This document shows positions 50,493-61,700 of a stretch of DNA of 64,000 nucleotides, in pieces (the first letter of the stretch is position 1; each line of letters begins with the position of its first letter). Origin of the DNA: Scytonema sp. NUACC26 (lineage in GTDB: Bacteria; Cyanobacteriota; Cyanobacteriia; Cyanobacteriales; Nostocaceae); contig NZ_BAACAP010000234.1 in NCBI RefSeq assembly GCF_045865695.1, positions 1 to 64,000 on the forward strand, read 5' to 3'. The notes beneath the pieces are model-generated. The model did not search any database and was not told the DNA's origin. It worked only from the letters and a program-made list of their open reading frames with translations. The translations under genes and the position numbers were made by a program.

Positions 50493-51308
50493 TCATTGGT
50501 CACTGGTTACTGTCTCCTGCATATTTCTAACAATTTTTGCGATCGTTTTCCTTGTGCCAAATCTTACACTTGCAGCTAAGATTTTGTTTTTAATTCCAGT
50601 AATAACAACCGTCTTACCTTCCATTAAGGAAGTGTAGCCAATTCGAGCTACAGTTTCCGCATTCATGAGCTTTTTACCGTTAACTATCTTAGAGTCTTCC
50701 ATAGCCGCCCTTTGCTGAAATCCAGATTCTGTTGGTCCCGGACAAAGTGTTGTTACGGTGACACCAGTTCCCTCTAATTCATTAGCAATTGCTTCGGAAA
50801 AAGACAAAACATAAGCTTTGGTTGCAAAATACACTGCCATCAGAGGTCCCGGCTGAAATGCTGCAGTGGAAGCAACATTCATTATTCTGCCGTAACCTTG
50901 CTTAACCATATCTTTAAGAAAGAGCTTTGTTAAATGGGTAAGACTCACCATATTAACTTGCAGCATTTGCAATTCAGTATTAAGGTCAGTTTCATTAAAC
51001 AAACCATAGATAGCAAATCCAGCATTATTAACTAAAATATCTACACTAATCTTTTCTTGTTGTAATTCTTGAAAAATTTCTTCTGGAGAAGCAGGATTGG
51101 ATAAATCTTTGGTAATAACTTTAACTGCAATACTATATCTTTGGTTTAATTCTTGTGCAATTTGAACTAATTTTTCACCATTTCTTGCTATTAGCACGAG
51201 ATTATAACCTTCTCGAGCAAATAACTTCACTAATTCATAACCAATTCCACCAGATGCTCCAGTAATGAGTACTGTTTGCTTCTGATTCTTTTGGGTTGTT
51301 GTTTTCAT
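50493..51308 (-). CDS. SDR-family oxidoreductase (classical short-chain dehydrogenase).
   Basis: TGASGGIGYEL cofactor motif, NNAG, catalytic Y-x-x-x-K (YFATK). Confidence 0.9.
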   Translation of the reverse strand: MKTTTQKNQKQTVLITGASGGIGYELVKLFAREGYNLVLIARNGEKLVQIAQELNQRYSIAVKVITKDLSNPASPEEIFQELQQEKISVDILVNNAGFAIYGLFNETDLNTELQMLQVNMVSLTHLTKLFLKDMVKQGYGRIMNVASTAAFQPGPLMAVYFATKAYVLSFSEAIANELEGTGVTVTTLCPGPTESGFQQRAAMEDSKIVNGKKLMNAETVARIGYTSLMEGKTVVITGIKNKILAASVRFGTRKTIAKIVRNMQETVTSDQ

Positions 51309-51439
51309 GATTTTTCTGACAAGTATTACTTTTTCCTTTGTTAGATTACATAAAAAGGGAAAGCGAGTACTGCTATATCTGTCACCGATTGAGATAAGAT
51401 TTTTATCTTATATCGTTTCTCCATTTGTTAGCGACAGAA

Positions 51440-51715
51440 GATCCCCCCTAGCCCCCCTTAAAAAGGGGGGAAATACTTTTAAAGTTTCCCTTGAAAAGGG
51501 GGGGGAGACTTTTAAAGTTTCCCTTAAAAAGGGGGGAAATACTTTTAAAGTTTCCCTTGAAAAGGGGGGGAGACTTTTAAAGTTTCTTTGAAAAAGAGGA
51601 AAAAATAATTTCAAATCGTCCCTTTAAAAAAGGAAAAATAATTTCAAATTGTCCCTTAAAAAGAGGGGGAAAATACTTTTAAAGTCCCCCTTGGGAAGGG
51701 GGATTTAGGGGGATC
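51440..51715. mobile_element. MITE-like element with terminal inverted repeats gatccccctagcccccc / gggggatttagggggatc. The interior is expanded by five or more tandem roughly 31-bp units. A short 72-bp relative lies at 58519-58590.
   Basis: Terminal inverted repeats at 51440-51457 and 51697-51715. Internal ccttaaaaaggggggaaatacttttaaagttt units repeated. Both copies are followed by cttgaa. Confidence 0.65.
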
Positions 51716-52157
51716 TTGAATATTGTGCTACTGATGAAAAGACTTTTCAAACATCCACTTAGAAAGTTTTTACAAACTCAATGAGCGCTTTTTTATCTTC
51801 ATCTGATAATTCCAAGCCAAAAGTATGAGCTTTACAATTTTGATTTTTTAGTAATTTATACTAAGTAGCTGCCTGAGATACGTACACTTAGGGATTGGGT
51901 ATTAATTGTCTAATTCCCAGTTTCTAGACCCTCAGTAACTATTTTTTATAGTTTTATCTTGGCACTTTGGCACGCTCGGAACTTGTAGAGTGAGTATAGT
52001 ATAGATCGAGTGCAAGAGTGTCGAAAGACATCATACCCCGGTAAAACACCGGGGATTTTTATAAAATCTCATAAACTTTACACTTTAATACAAAAATTGA
52101 TACAGTTGTAGCTTTCCGAGAGAGAATAAAGAGAATTGCCTCTGTGGTTAGCTAAGT

Positions 52158-52976
52158 ATGAAAAAATTGATTAGGGGTCTGCGCGAATTTAAAGCGAGTT
52201 ACTATTGTAGATATCAAGAGTTATTTAAGCAACTTACTCACGGTCAAAATCCTAGAGTATTGTTTATTACCTGTTCTGATTCCCGTGTCGATCCAAACCT
52301 GATTACCCAAGCTGGACTGGGTGAATTGTTTGTCATTCGCAATGCTGGTAATATTATTCCGCCGTATGGTGCAACTAACGGTGGTGAAGGTGCCACTATT
52401 GAATATGCTGTTCAAGCATTGGATATTCGACAGATTATTGTTTGCGGTCACTCACATTGCGGTGCAATGAAAGGGCTGATGAAGTTAGACAAGTTGCGCG
52501 AGGAAATGCCTCTCGTACATGATTGGTTGAAGTATGCAGAAGCAACCCGACGTTTGGTAAAAGACCATTACAGCAATTACGAAGGGGAAGAATTACTAGA
52601 AATTATCATTGCCGAAAATGTACTGACTCAAATTGAGAATTTACGAACATACCCTGTGATTCGCTCTAAGCTCTACCAAGGACAATTAAGTATTTATGCT
52701 TGGATTTATCAAATTGAGACAGGAGAGGTTTTGGCATACGATGCGGAAAATCACGCTTATGTCCTCCCTCAAGCTCAACTTCCTCCAACAGAGGTAGATG
52801 AAACCCTACTTCTTCCCCTTCCAGCTTGCGAGATCTGGAGCACTCCTGAAACTCGAGCAAAAGAGGTTCAACCAATCCAGGAAATAGACATAACTCATAA
52901 TCATCGGTTTCCAATGACATCTCTTTCTCAAGAGCAACTAGAGCGAATTTATCGAGGCTCTTTCAGTGACCAGTGA
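52158..52976 (+). CDS. Beta-class carbonic anhydrase with C-terminal extension (CcaA/IcfA-like, 272 aa). The 3' end is built from STRR heptamers.
   Basis: Zinc ligands CSDSRVDP and HSHCGAM. C-terminal ...SFSDQ* is encoded by agtgaccagtgaccag STRR units. Confidence 0.9.
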   Translation: MKKLIRGLREFKASYYCRYQELFKQLTHGQNPRVLFITCSDSRVDPNLITQAGLGELFVIRNAGNIIPPYGATNGGEGATIEYAVQALDIRQIIVCGHSHCGAMKGLMKLDKLREEMPLVHDWLKYAEATRRLVKDHYSNYEGEELLEIIIAENVLTQIENLRTYPVIRSKLYQGQLSIYAWIYQIETGEVLAYDAENHAYVLPQAQLPPTEVDETLLLPLPACEIWSTPETRAKEVQPIQEIDITHNHRFPMTSLSQEQLERIYRGSFSDQ

Positions 52977-53075
52977 CCAGTGACCACCTGACCAGTAACC
53001 AGTGACCACCTGACCACCTGACCAGTGACCACCTGACCACCTGACCAGTGGTCACTGATTACTGATTACTGATTA
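52963..53075. repeat. Long STRR array (CAGTGAC / CACCTGAC / TGATTAC units) between convergent genes.
   Basis: gtgaccagtgaccagtgaccacctgaccagtaaccagtgaccacctgaccacctgaccagtgaccacctgaccacctgaccagtggtcactgattactgattactgatt. Confidence 0.9.
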
Positions 53076-54407
53076 CAACAGTCTTAATTGAGTGTCTCTA
53101 CCTTCTGCTAGGACAAAGTCTTGTTCTTGGGTCAGTGGTTCGAGTGACACTTCTACATCATTAGCTAATAAGTTATGTGCCGCATCTAACATTAACTCTG
53201 CTATGTCTTTGAGGTCATTACGGTTGTTTAAGTACGTTTTTAATGCTTCCATTGGGTCAATACTGTTACTTGCACTTAACTCTGGAATACGGGGACGAGC
53301 CAATTGGCTGATTAGTTCTGGTTGGATGCTATGGGTATGTGCCGCACTGAGAGCGCGATGCAATTCAGATGTATCAATTAAATCTAATTGTTCCGAGCGA
53401 AGTTTGTAAATCAACCGTACCACAGCATCCTGGATGTTGTGTTTTGCGATCGCTTTCACAATTGCTGCTTGCGGATCTTCTATCTTAGAGACATCAATTT
53501 CAATAGTCTGAAAAGTTCGTGCGGGGAGGGGGCAAAATTCCCACTGAGTATCGCCCCGCTCAATTTCTAACATCACATACCCTTTCTCTTCCTTTTCTTC
53601 ACTAAAATCAACCCGTTCGATACTTCCTGGATAAACAACAGGAGGATTGTTAGACTTATTGAGATTTTGGTGGCGATGGACGTGACCCAAGGCGACATAA
53701 TCAAAGCAAGGTCGTGCTAGCAAAGAGACAGGAAGTGTAAAGCCTTTTCCTACTGCTAAATAGCGTTCTGCTCCTAGAGATGCATTATCCGCCATTAAAT
53801 GACCTAAAAGAATAGTTGGTACATTGGGATCGAGACGGCGAATTTCTGCTTCTAGTACTACCTCAAGACGTTCGATCAGCAGCTGGTTAATTTCTACTAA
53901 CGATAAACCTTCCGTTTCTTGACGAGTCATCAAAGTCGAGCGAGTGAGCCAAGGAAGGGTGAGAATTTGTATTAATCCATTACGAGTCGTAATGCGATGA
54001 GTTGTTAGGCTATCACCTACAATCACTCCCGGTACGCCCAAAGTCCGATAAATACAAAGACTAGCGCCTCCTAACCCTTGAGAATGTTGATCGTGATTTC
54101 CAACAAGCAGAACTGTGGGGATCTTGGCATCTGCAAGGCGACGAAACTGAGCAGCAAAAGCTTCTTGTACGTATGGAGGGGGCGTTGCGTCGGGAAAAGC
54201 ATCTCCTCCAAATATAACTAAATCGACTGGTTCCGATATTGCTTTGTTAATACACTGAGATAGAGAATTGACAAAATCTTCCAATCGCGTATTTAATCCG
54301 GTTTCGGGGTTAATTTTTCCGTGGGAAAAACCACTTCCCATATGAATATCAGAGAGATGAAGAATTTTTATCATATATTTGTCATTGGTCAGGTGGTCAT
54401 TAGTCAT
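53073..54407 (-). CDS. Metallophosphoesterase of the SbcD/Mre11 DNA-repair exonuclease family.
   Basis: Motifs ILHLSDIHMG, FGGDAF, GNHD and GHVH (calcineurin-like phosphoesterase), 444 aa. No adjacent sbcC. Confidence 0.8.
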   Translation of the reverse strand: MTNDHLTNDKYMIKILHLSDIHMGSGFSHGKINPETGLNTRLEDFVNSLSQCINKAISEPVDLVIFGGDAFPDATPPPYVQEAFAAQFRRLADAKIPTVLLVGNHDQHSQGLGGASLCIYRTLGVPGVIVGDSLTTHRITTRNGLIQILTLPWLTRSTLMTRQETEGLSLVEINQLLIERLEVVLEAEIRRLDPNVPTILLGHLMADNASLGAERYLAVGKGFTLPVSLLARPCFDYVALGHVHRHQNLNKSNNPPVVYPGSIERVDFSEEKEEKGYVMLEIERGDTQWEFCPLPARTFQTIEIDVSKIEDPQAAIVKAIAKHNIQDAVVRLIYKLRSEQLDLIDTSELHRALSAAHTHSIQPELISQLARPRIPELSASNSIDPMEALKTYLNNRNDLKDIAELMLDAAHNLLANDVEVSLEPLTQEQDFVLAEGRDTQLRLL

Positions 54408-54478
54408 TGGTCAGGTGGTCACTGGTCAGGTGGTCACTGGTCAGGTGGTCACTGGTCACTGGTCAGGTGGTTATTTCA
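54379..54478. repeat. STRR array (GTCATTG/GTCAGGTGG/GTCACTG units) at the 5' end of the SbcD-like gene.
   Basis: gtcattggtcaggtggtcattagtcattggtcaggtggtcactggtcaggtggtcactggtcaggtggtcactggtcactggtcaggtgg. Confidence 0.9.
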
Positions 54479-54977
54479 CTAATGATAAATGACTTATGAC
54501 AATCATTAAAAATTCAAAATCAAAAAAATTGTTGGTTATCAACAAATTGTTCATTGCAAACTTCTTATTTAAGAATTATATATAGGTTAAGAAGTAGAAG
54601 CAACTTTCAATGACAAATGACAAATGACTATTGTAAAAAGTACCTAAACATACATAAATTCTCCGGAACTACAAATAACATTAGGTATACAAGTACATGG
54701 ATGCTAAGAGGAAGAATCGGGAAAAAAACAATGCCCAATGCCCACTACTTATTTTCATCCGTCCTCGTGTACTCAATTCATGATGACTACTTAAAAGTTT
54801 GCTTTCATTAACCCATGTATGCATTTGTAAATTTGTTGAGAATTTTCCTCATGTGTCATTCTTTTTTGTAGCTTTGGCAACAAAGTAAAGGAAAAAATTA
54901 TCCCTATTGGGTGAGGCTATGCTTGACAAATCTGTGCAAATATGCATTCAATAGCTAAAGAAACGAAGGAGTTTGCT

Positions 54978-55229
54978 ATGTATAAACAAATGTGTTGGTT
55001 ATCACAGTTTGGCGAAAGAGGGGAAAAAGTTCTGCATTTGCAGACTGCACCTAATCAACCTTGGCGTCCTTACACTACGTTTCCACAATTTTCTGTCCCC
55101 GATTACCCAATACCAGGAGGTTCTAAGGGTTGGGCAACTTATCAAAAACTTCTAAAAGCAGGCTGGACATTAGTGCATAGCGCCCGTGCTAATGAATTTA
55201 GCTCTAAATCTATTGAAGTTAAGAGTTAA
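54978..55229 (+). CDS. Hypothetical small protein (84 aa from ATG 54978; the ORF is open from 54942).
   Basis: ORF only. Has a Trp/Pro-rich sequence but no recognisable motif. Confidence 0.3.
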   Translation: MYKQMCWLSQFGERGEKVLHLQTAPNQPWRPYTTFPQFSVPDYPIPGGSKGWATYQKLLKAGWTLVHSARANEFSSKSIEVKS

Positions 55230-55255
55230 CACCATTACCATTTTGGATTTTAGAT

Positions 55256-55325
55256 TTTGGAGCCACTGCATTGGTCGGGTTCCCCGGCTCGTTCGCTGAG
55301 CGTCTCCGTGTTTGAGATAGCAAGT
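55256..55325. repeat. Copy of the gagcgtctccg..ttgagatag repeat family, related to the inverted-repeat element at 1-165.
   Basis: ggctcgttcgctgagcgtctccgtgtttgagatagc compared with cgcgaagcgtctccgcgcttgagatagg at 1-40 and 124-165. Confidence 0.55.
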
Positions 55326-55353
55326 GGCGTGATTTTAGATTGAGAAAGTCAAT

Positions 55354-57189
55354 TTAATAGCCTTTTGCGGAACCTTCTCCACGCGGATCGGCTGCGCCTT
55401 CTAAAGTTCCATCAGGTGCAACTATAATTGTGTTGATATTTCCCCAAGGCGCAGTTTGCTGAATCTTATGTCCCCGTCTTTGTAATTCTGTGATGGTAAG
55501 AGCATCTAAACCTAAAGGTTCTACTTTCAATTCATCTGGTAACCACTGATGATGTATGCGCGGCGCAGATACGGCAGAACCTGCATCCATGTTGTATTCT
55601 AGTACATTAAGAATAACTTGCAGCACTTGAGTGATAATCGTGCCGCCACCGGGCGCACCTACTGCCATGCGGAGACGGCCATTTTCACTAATAATAGTAG
55701 GAGTCATACTCGATAAAGGAATTTTGCGAGGTGCGATCGCATTGGCTTGATTACTAACAAGTCCAAAAGCGTTGGGAACTCCGGGTGCTTTTGCAAAATC
55801 ATCCATTTCATCATTAAGCAATATACCAGTTTTAGGCACTACGACTCCAGAACCAAAACCATAGTTGACGGTGAACGTCAAACTAACTGCATTGCGCTGT
55901 TCATCGATAACCGTCAAATGACTTGTCTCCGGCGACTCAGCAGGTAATTTTTTCTTAAATCCGCGTGCATCCGCTACAGGGTGCGGTTTCAATTTTGGGT
56001 TTTGAACCGCACCCTGTAGCAGACGGACGCGGACATTTTTTTGCTTTAATGTTTGGAAGTCTGCAGGTTTTACCTCGCTAGAAGATCTCGCCCGTTGCAT
56101 ATCTATTTCTTGACGGCGTTGTTTAGCATAAGCATCGCTAAGCAATTGTGTAACGGGTACTTTCACAAAATCAGGATCGCCCAAATGTTGAAAGCGATCT
56201 GCATAAGCGATTTTCATTGCTTCCACCATCAGGTGTAACGCATTTGGGTGATGCCATCCCAAGGATTTCAGATCTGTGTCACCAATAATATTTAAAATCT
56301 GTAATAAATGAACTCCTCCTGAAGAAGGTGGAGGCATAGAACACACTTTAGCTTTGCGAAAATTTCCACAAATAGGGGGACGCCAAGTTGTTTTGTAAGA
56401 TTTTAAGTCTTCTAAAGTTATTAGCCCCCCGTTTTTTGCCATGTCAGCAGCAATAGTGCGGGCGATATTTCCGGTGTAAAAACTTTGGGGATTTTTAGCA
56501 ATTTCTTCTAAAGTTTTGCCTAAATCTTGCTGTACTAACCTTTCACCTGGTTGATAAAATTCTCCGTTACGAGTGAAAATAGATCGTGCAGCTGGATTGT
56601 TGAGAATAACTTTTTTGCGCTCTTCATAGACTTTTAAAGAACGCCAGGTCATGCGATCGCTGAGAATAAAACCGTCTTTTGCAAGAGCGATCGCGGGCTT
56701 CAATACCTCTTGCCAAGATAGTTTACCATAGCGTCGGTGAACTTCATACATTCCTGCTACAGTTCCTGGTGTTGCCACAGCTAAGTAACCATCAACACTG
56801 ATATTAGGTCTAACTTTGCCTTGTGCATCCAAGTACATATTTTTGGTTGCTGTGATTGGCGCACGTTCACGAAAATCTAAAGCTTTAATTTCACCAGTCT
56901 TTGACTCGCGCAATAGTAAAAAACCACCACCGCCAATTCCAGCTGAGAAAGGTTCGACAACAGAAATTGCAAAAGTCGTCGCAACGGCTGCATCAACTGC
57001 ATTCCCACCCTTACGTAACAGACTCACTCCTGCTTCACTCGCTAGGGGATGAGCAGAAACAACCATTGCCTTTTTTGCTCGTAGTGGTGGAATAACGGTA
57101 GCTACTACAGTTTGGCTGTAAAATAAAATACTAAAAGAAAATGCGGTAAATGCTACCCGTTTGCCTTGATTAAAAATAGGGTTTGTCAT
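55354..57189 (-). CDS. ggt: Gamma-glutamyltranspeptidase / glutathione hydrolase.
   Basis: Ntn-hydrolase nucleophile region ETSHLTVIDEQRNAVSLTFTVNYGFGSG and small-subunit GGG motifs, 611 aa with signal peptide. Confidence 0.95.
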   Translation of the reverse strand: MTNPIFNQGKRVAFTAFSFSILFYSQTVVATVIPPLRAKKAMVVSAHPLASEAGVSLLRKGGNAVDAAVATTFAISVVEPFSAGIGGGGFLLLRESKTGEIKALDFRERAPITATKNMYLDAQGKVRPNISVDGYLAVATPGTVAGMYEVHRRYGKLSWQEVLKPAIALAKDGFILSDRMTWRSLKVYEERKKVILNNPAARSIFTRNGEFYQPGERLVQQDLGKTLEEIAKNPQSFYTGNIARTIAADMAKNGGLITLEDLKSYKTTWRPPICGNFRKAKVCSMPPPSSGGVHLLQILNIIGDTDLKSLGWHHPNALHLMVEAMKIAYADRFQHLGDPDFVKVPVTQLLSDAYAKQRRQEIDMQRARSSSEVKPADFQTLKQKNVRVRLLQGAVQNPKLKPHPVADARGFKKKLPAESPETSHLTVIDEQRNAVSLTFTVNYGFGSGVVVPKTGILLNDEMDDFAKAPGVPNAFGLVSNQANAIAPRKIPLSSMTPTIISENGRLRMAVGAPGGGTIITQVLQVILNVLEYNMDAGSAVSAPRIHHQWLPDELKVEPLGLDALTITELQRRGHKIQQTAPWGNINTIIVAPDGTLEGAADPRGEGSAKGY

Positions 57190-57651
57190 AAAGAGCGATC
57201 GTGGATAGCGTACACTGGGACTGATAAAAATATTATCGCGTCTACAATCACTTGAATTGACGGCAATACAATGTTCGCAGATTGGAGAAGGTTGTAAGGT
57301 TAAGGCGTAACAAGTGAGTGCCTAACCGAAAACCCCTTAGAGAAAACTATAGAGGGAATGAGTACAGTTTTGGCAGCAGGAGCAGCTTTTGGTGCAGCAT
57401 GGCGGTTACGTCATGAAAACTAAACTCCAGTGGAGAGACAGCCACTTCAATCTATTCTACAGTAGATGTACAGGGTATAAAAAGGTGACCCTATTGTCGA
57501 ACCCACAGGAGTTTATCAATTGGATAACGGGCGATTGGTCATGAGTAGAGACTGTCTCTGATTCTAGTAAAAGTGGTGTTTTACGTCAGGTAATTGCATT
57601 AATATTGGTAGAGTTAGCAAGCGATCGTATTATTTTGAATAGGAGTTACAT

Positions 57652-58053
57652 GTGACAAAAGTAAATATAAATGTAGATGACAACAATTTTCCAAAACTGA
57701 TTCATCGAGTTACAGAAAGTGGAGAACGTATAGTAATTGAACAACAAGGAAAAGCAACAGCTGCAATTATTATCTATGATGATTTAAAACGACTTGAAGC
57801 ATTAGAAGCTGCCATACTCAAAAAAGCAGAACTAGAAGAATATGAATTGCTAACAGTAGCAATGAAAAATTCAGCTTTTGATTTTCTTAAAGACCAAGAA
57901 GAAGATATTTACACCTTAGCTGATGGAAAACCATTTCACGATCTAGAATATACTCAATCGGTAGTAAGTGAACCAGATTTCTGTTCCATAACAGAGCCAG
58001 AAGAAGATATTTACACCTTAGCTGATGGAAAACCATTTCATGATAAAGGGTAA
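57652..58053 (+). CDS. Phd/YefM-like antitoxin-domain protein with a duplicated C-terminal 15-aa repeat (EEDIYTLADGKPFHD, two copies). No adjacent toxin.
   Basis: N-terminus NFPKLIHRVTESGERIVIEQQGKATAAIIIYDDLKRLEA matches the Phd/YefM fold. The perfect 45-nt tandem duplication is seen directly in the sequence. Confidence 0.5.
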   Translation: MTKVNINVDDNNFPKLIHRVTESGERIVIEQQGKATAAIIIYDDLKRLEALEAAILKKAELEEYELLTVAMKNSAFDFLKDQEEDIYTLADGKPFHDLEYTQSVVSEPDFCSITEPEEDIYTLADGKPFHDKG

Positions 58054-58329
58054 GCAATTTCGGATCTTCAGTCTTGTTTGTCACTTTCAGGTAATTTGGC
58101 ATTATAGGTAAAAAATTATACTTTTAGAGAACTTAGTTTGTATTGATAATTTTCCTACTCTAGATAGATTTAAATAATATATTTTAGTTGAAGTGTTTTA
58201 AATTAGTTATAGTCAAGAGAATCCTTCCTTTGACTAAACGTAAAGTGGTAGAGTCGCAAAAATCCATTTGTTATAACGCTAAAAAACTACCATCATACTC
58301 AGATTGCCTACCTTTAAGTATCTACAGTG

Positions 58330-58645
58330 TACACAAAAATTGAATTTACCCCCCTTAGTCCCCCTTTGGTAAGGGGAGAAACAAGAAATTTAGTTCCTTC
58401 CTTTCCAAGGGAAAAAACAGACCTTTCCAAGGGAAGAAACAGAAAATCTAATTCCCTCCCCAATCCATCGGGGCTACGGTGTACACACAAGTTTCCTAAA
58501 GTGCCTTCTTGCAGTTTCGATCCCCCTAGCCCCCCTTAAAAAGGGGGGAAATCTTAAAAGTCCCCCTTTTTAAGGGGATTTAGGGGGATCTTGAAAGTGT
58601 GTACACCGCAGAATCCATCGGGGAGGGTTAGGGTGGGGTAAAACC
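58330..58645. repeat. Nested repeat region: a short MITE-like copy (58519-58590) sits inside a larger inverted-repeat element (..ccccaatccatcggggctacggtgtacacac / gtgtgtacaccgcagaatccatcggggagg..).
   Basis: Inverted repeats at 58457-58488 and 58596-58625. Terminal inverted repeats gatccccctagcccccc ... gggggatttagggggatc at 58519-58590. Blocks shared with 31125-31232 and 51440-51715. Confidence 0.6.
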
Positions 58646-58748
58646 AAGCTCAAATTCAGATTGACAAGCTATTTCCAACTCATACATACACATTAGTATT
58701 TAAGTATAATAACTCACTGGTCACTGTTCACTGCTCACTGCAATAATT

Positions 58749-61700
58749 ATGGTTACAGAATTAACAACTAAAGAAAGCGATAACTTAGATCTCAGACAGC
58801 TATTGAAAACACTCTCGGCTGTTAAAAAAGGAGATTTTTCTGCTCGCATGCCCATAGATCAAACGGGTATAGCAGGAAAGATAGCTGATGCACTCAATGA
58901 CATAATCGAACAAAACGAGCGATTAACGGAAGAATTACAACGTATTAGTAATGTTGTAGGGAAAGAAGGTAAAATTACCGAGCGAGCCACCCTTGGGAAT
59001 GTACGGGGTTCTTGGTCAGCTTGTGTTGATTCTGTCAATACTCTAATTACAGATTTGGTTCAGCCAACGGCGGAAACTGCGCGTGTTATCCGGGCTGTGG
59101 CGAATGGTGACTTATCCCAAACGATCGCACCAGAAATTGAAGGTAGACCCCTGAAAGGAGAGTTCTTGCAAACTGCCCAAATGGTCAATACAATGGTGGG
59201 ACAGTTAAACTCCTTTGCGTCTGAGGTGACGCGGGTTGCTCGTGAGGTGGGTACTGAAGGGAAACTAGGTGTTTTAGCTGAGGTCAAAGGTGTTGCGGGG
59301 ACTTGGAAGGATTTAACCGAGTCTGTGAATATGATGGCGGGAAATCTAACCGCCCAGGTACGTAATATTGCGGAAGTGACAACGGCGGTGGCAAATGGCG
59401 ATTTGTCGAAGAAAATCACCGTTAATGTAAAAGGGGAAATTTTAGAGTTGAAGAATACGGTTAACATTATGGTTGACCAACTCAACTCTTTTGCGTCGGA
59501 GGTGACTAGGGTTGCAAGGGAAGTCGGCGCTGAAGGAAAACTGGGGGGTCAAGCTCAAGTCCCTGGGGTTGCAGGGACTTGGAAGGATTTGACGGATAGC
59601 GTGAATTTTATGGCAGGAAGTTTAACCGCCCAGGTACGTAATATTGCGGAAGTAACAACGGCGGTGGCAAATGGCGACTTGTCAAAGAAAATTACTGTGG
59701 ATGTAAAAGGGGAAATTTTAGAACTGAAGAACACTATCAACACGATGGTGGATCAATTGAATTCTTTTGCATCGGAGGTGACGCGGGTTGCGCGAGAAGT
59801 GGGTACGGAAGGGAAACTCGGCGTACAAGCAGAAGTACAGGGAGTTGCAGGGACTTGGAAGGATTTGACCGATAGCGTCAATATGATGGCAGGAAATTTG
59901 ACAGGGCAGGTGCGTAATATTGCGGAGGTAGCAACTGCGATCGCAAACGGTGACTTGTCGAAGAAAATTACTGTGGATGTCAAAGGGGAGATTTATGAAC
60001 TCAAAAACACCATCAACATTATGGTGGATCAACTCAGTTCTTTTGCATCGGAGGTCACGAGGGTGGCTCGTGAAGTGGGTTCGGAAGGAAAACTCGGCGT
60101 ACAAGCAGATGTGAGGGGAGTTGCAGGTACGTGGAAGGACTTGACGGACAGCGTGAACTTTATGGCGGGAAGTTTAACCGCCCAAGTGCGGAATATTGCA
60201 GAAGTGACAACGGCGGTAGCAAACGGCGACCTGTCCAAGAAAATCACTGTGGATGTGAGAGGAGAAATTTTAGAGTTAAAAAATACCATCAACACCATGG
60301 TGGATCAACTCAACTCCTTTGCAGGTGAAGTCACGAGGGTGGCTCGTGAAGTGGGTGCTGAAGGAAAACTGGGCGTACAAGCTGAGGTCAAGGGTGTTGC
60401 GGGAACCTGGAAGGATTTGACCGATAGCGTGAATTTTATGGCTGGAAATTTGACAGCCCAGGTACGTAACATTGCGGAAGTCACAACGGCGGTGGCAAAC
60501 GGTGACCTGTCGAAGAAAATTACCGTCGATGTGAAAGGGGAAATTTTGGAGTTGAAGAACACCATTAACATCATGGTGGATCAGTTGAGTTCCTTTGCTT
60601 CTGAAGTTACCAGGGTGGCTCGTGAGGTGGGTACGGAAGGGAAATTGGGCGTACAAGCGGAAGTGAAAGGCGTTGCAGGGACTTGGAAAGACCTGACGGG
60701 TGCGGTAAATATGATGGCAGGAAACCTGACAGACCAGGTACGTAATATTGCGGAAGTGGCAACTGCGATCGCAAACGGCGACCTTTCTAAGAAAATTACA
60801 GTACAGGTGAAAGGTGAGATATATGAACTTAAAAACACCATGAACATTATGGTGGATCAGTTGAACTCCTTTGCATCAGAAGTCACTAGGGTGGCGCGAG
60901 AAGTTGGTTCCGAAGGAAAACTCGGCGTACAAGCGGATGTGAGGGGAGTCGCCGGAACTTGGAAGGACTTGACCGACAGCGTAAACTTTATGGCGGGAAG
61001 CTTAACCGCTCAAGTACGAAACATCGCCGCAGTGACGACAGCCGTCGCAAACGGTGACTTGTCCAAGAAAATTACCGTTGATGTCAAAGGCGAGATCTTA
61101 GAACTCAAAAACACCATCAACACAATGGTGGATCAGTTAAACTCCTTTGCTTCTGAAGTTACCAGGGTGGCTCGTGAGGTGGGTACCGAAGGGAAACTCG
61201 GCGTACAAGCCAAAGTACCGGGAATTGCAGGGACGTGGAAGGATTTGACCGACTCGGTAAACTCAATGGCGGGAAGCTTAACTTCCCAAGTGAGGAACAT
61301 TGCGGAAGTGACGACAGCAGTGGCAAATGGTGACTTATCGAAGAAAATCACCGTTGATGTGAAAGGCGAGATATTAGAACTCAAAGATACCATCAACACA
61401 ATGGTGGATCAGTTAAACTCCTTTGCATCTGAAGTTACCAGGGTGGCTCGTGAAGTGGGTACGGAAGGTAAACTTGGCGCACAAGCTTACGTGAAAGGCG
61501 TTGCAGGAACTTGGAAGGACTTGACCGACAACGTAAACTCAATGGCGGGTAACTTGACAGCCCAGGTGCGAAATATTGCGGAAGTGACAAAAGCGGTGGC
61601 AAACGGTGACTTATCTAAGAAAATTACCGTTGATGTGAGAGGTGAAATTCTCGATTTGAAAAACACTATCAACACAATGGTGGATCAATTGAGTTCCTTT

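Noticed and set aside
51307-51614. ORFs of 94 aa (plus strand) and 68 aa (minus strand) with repetitive KGGNTFKVSLEKGG translation.
   Set aside because: They lie wholly within the MITE-like tandem-repeat element. The periodic amino-acid repeat is an artifact of translating 31-bp DNA repeats.
51440-51715. Possible CRISPR array (regular about 31-bp repeats).
   Set aside because: The repeat units abut each other without unique spacers. The block is bounded by terminal inverted repeats. No cas genes or leader are present.
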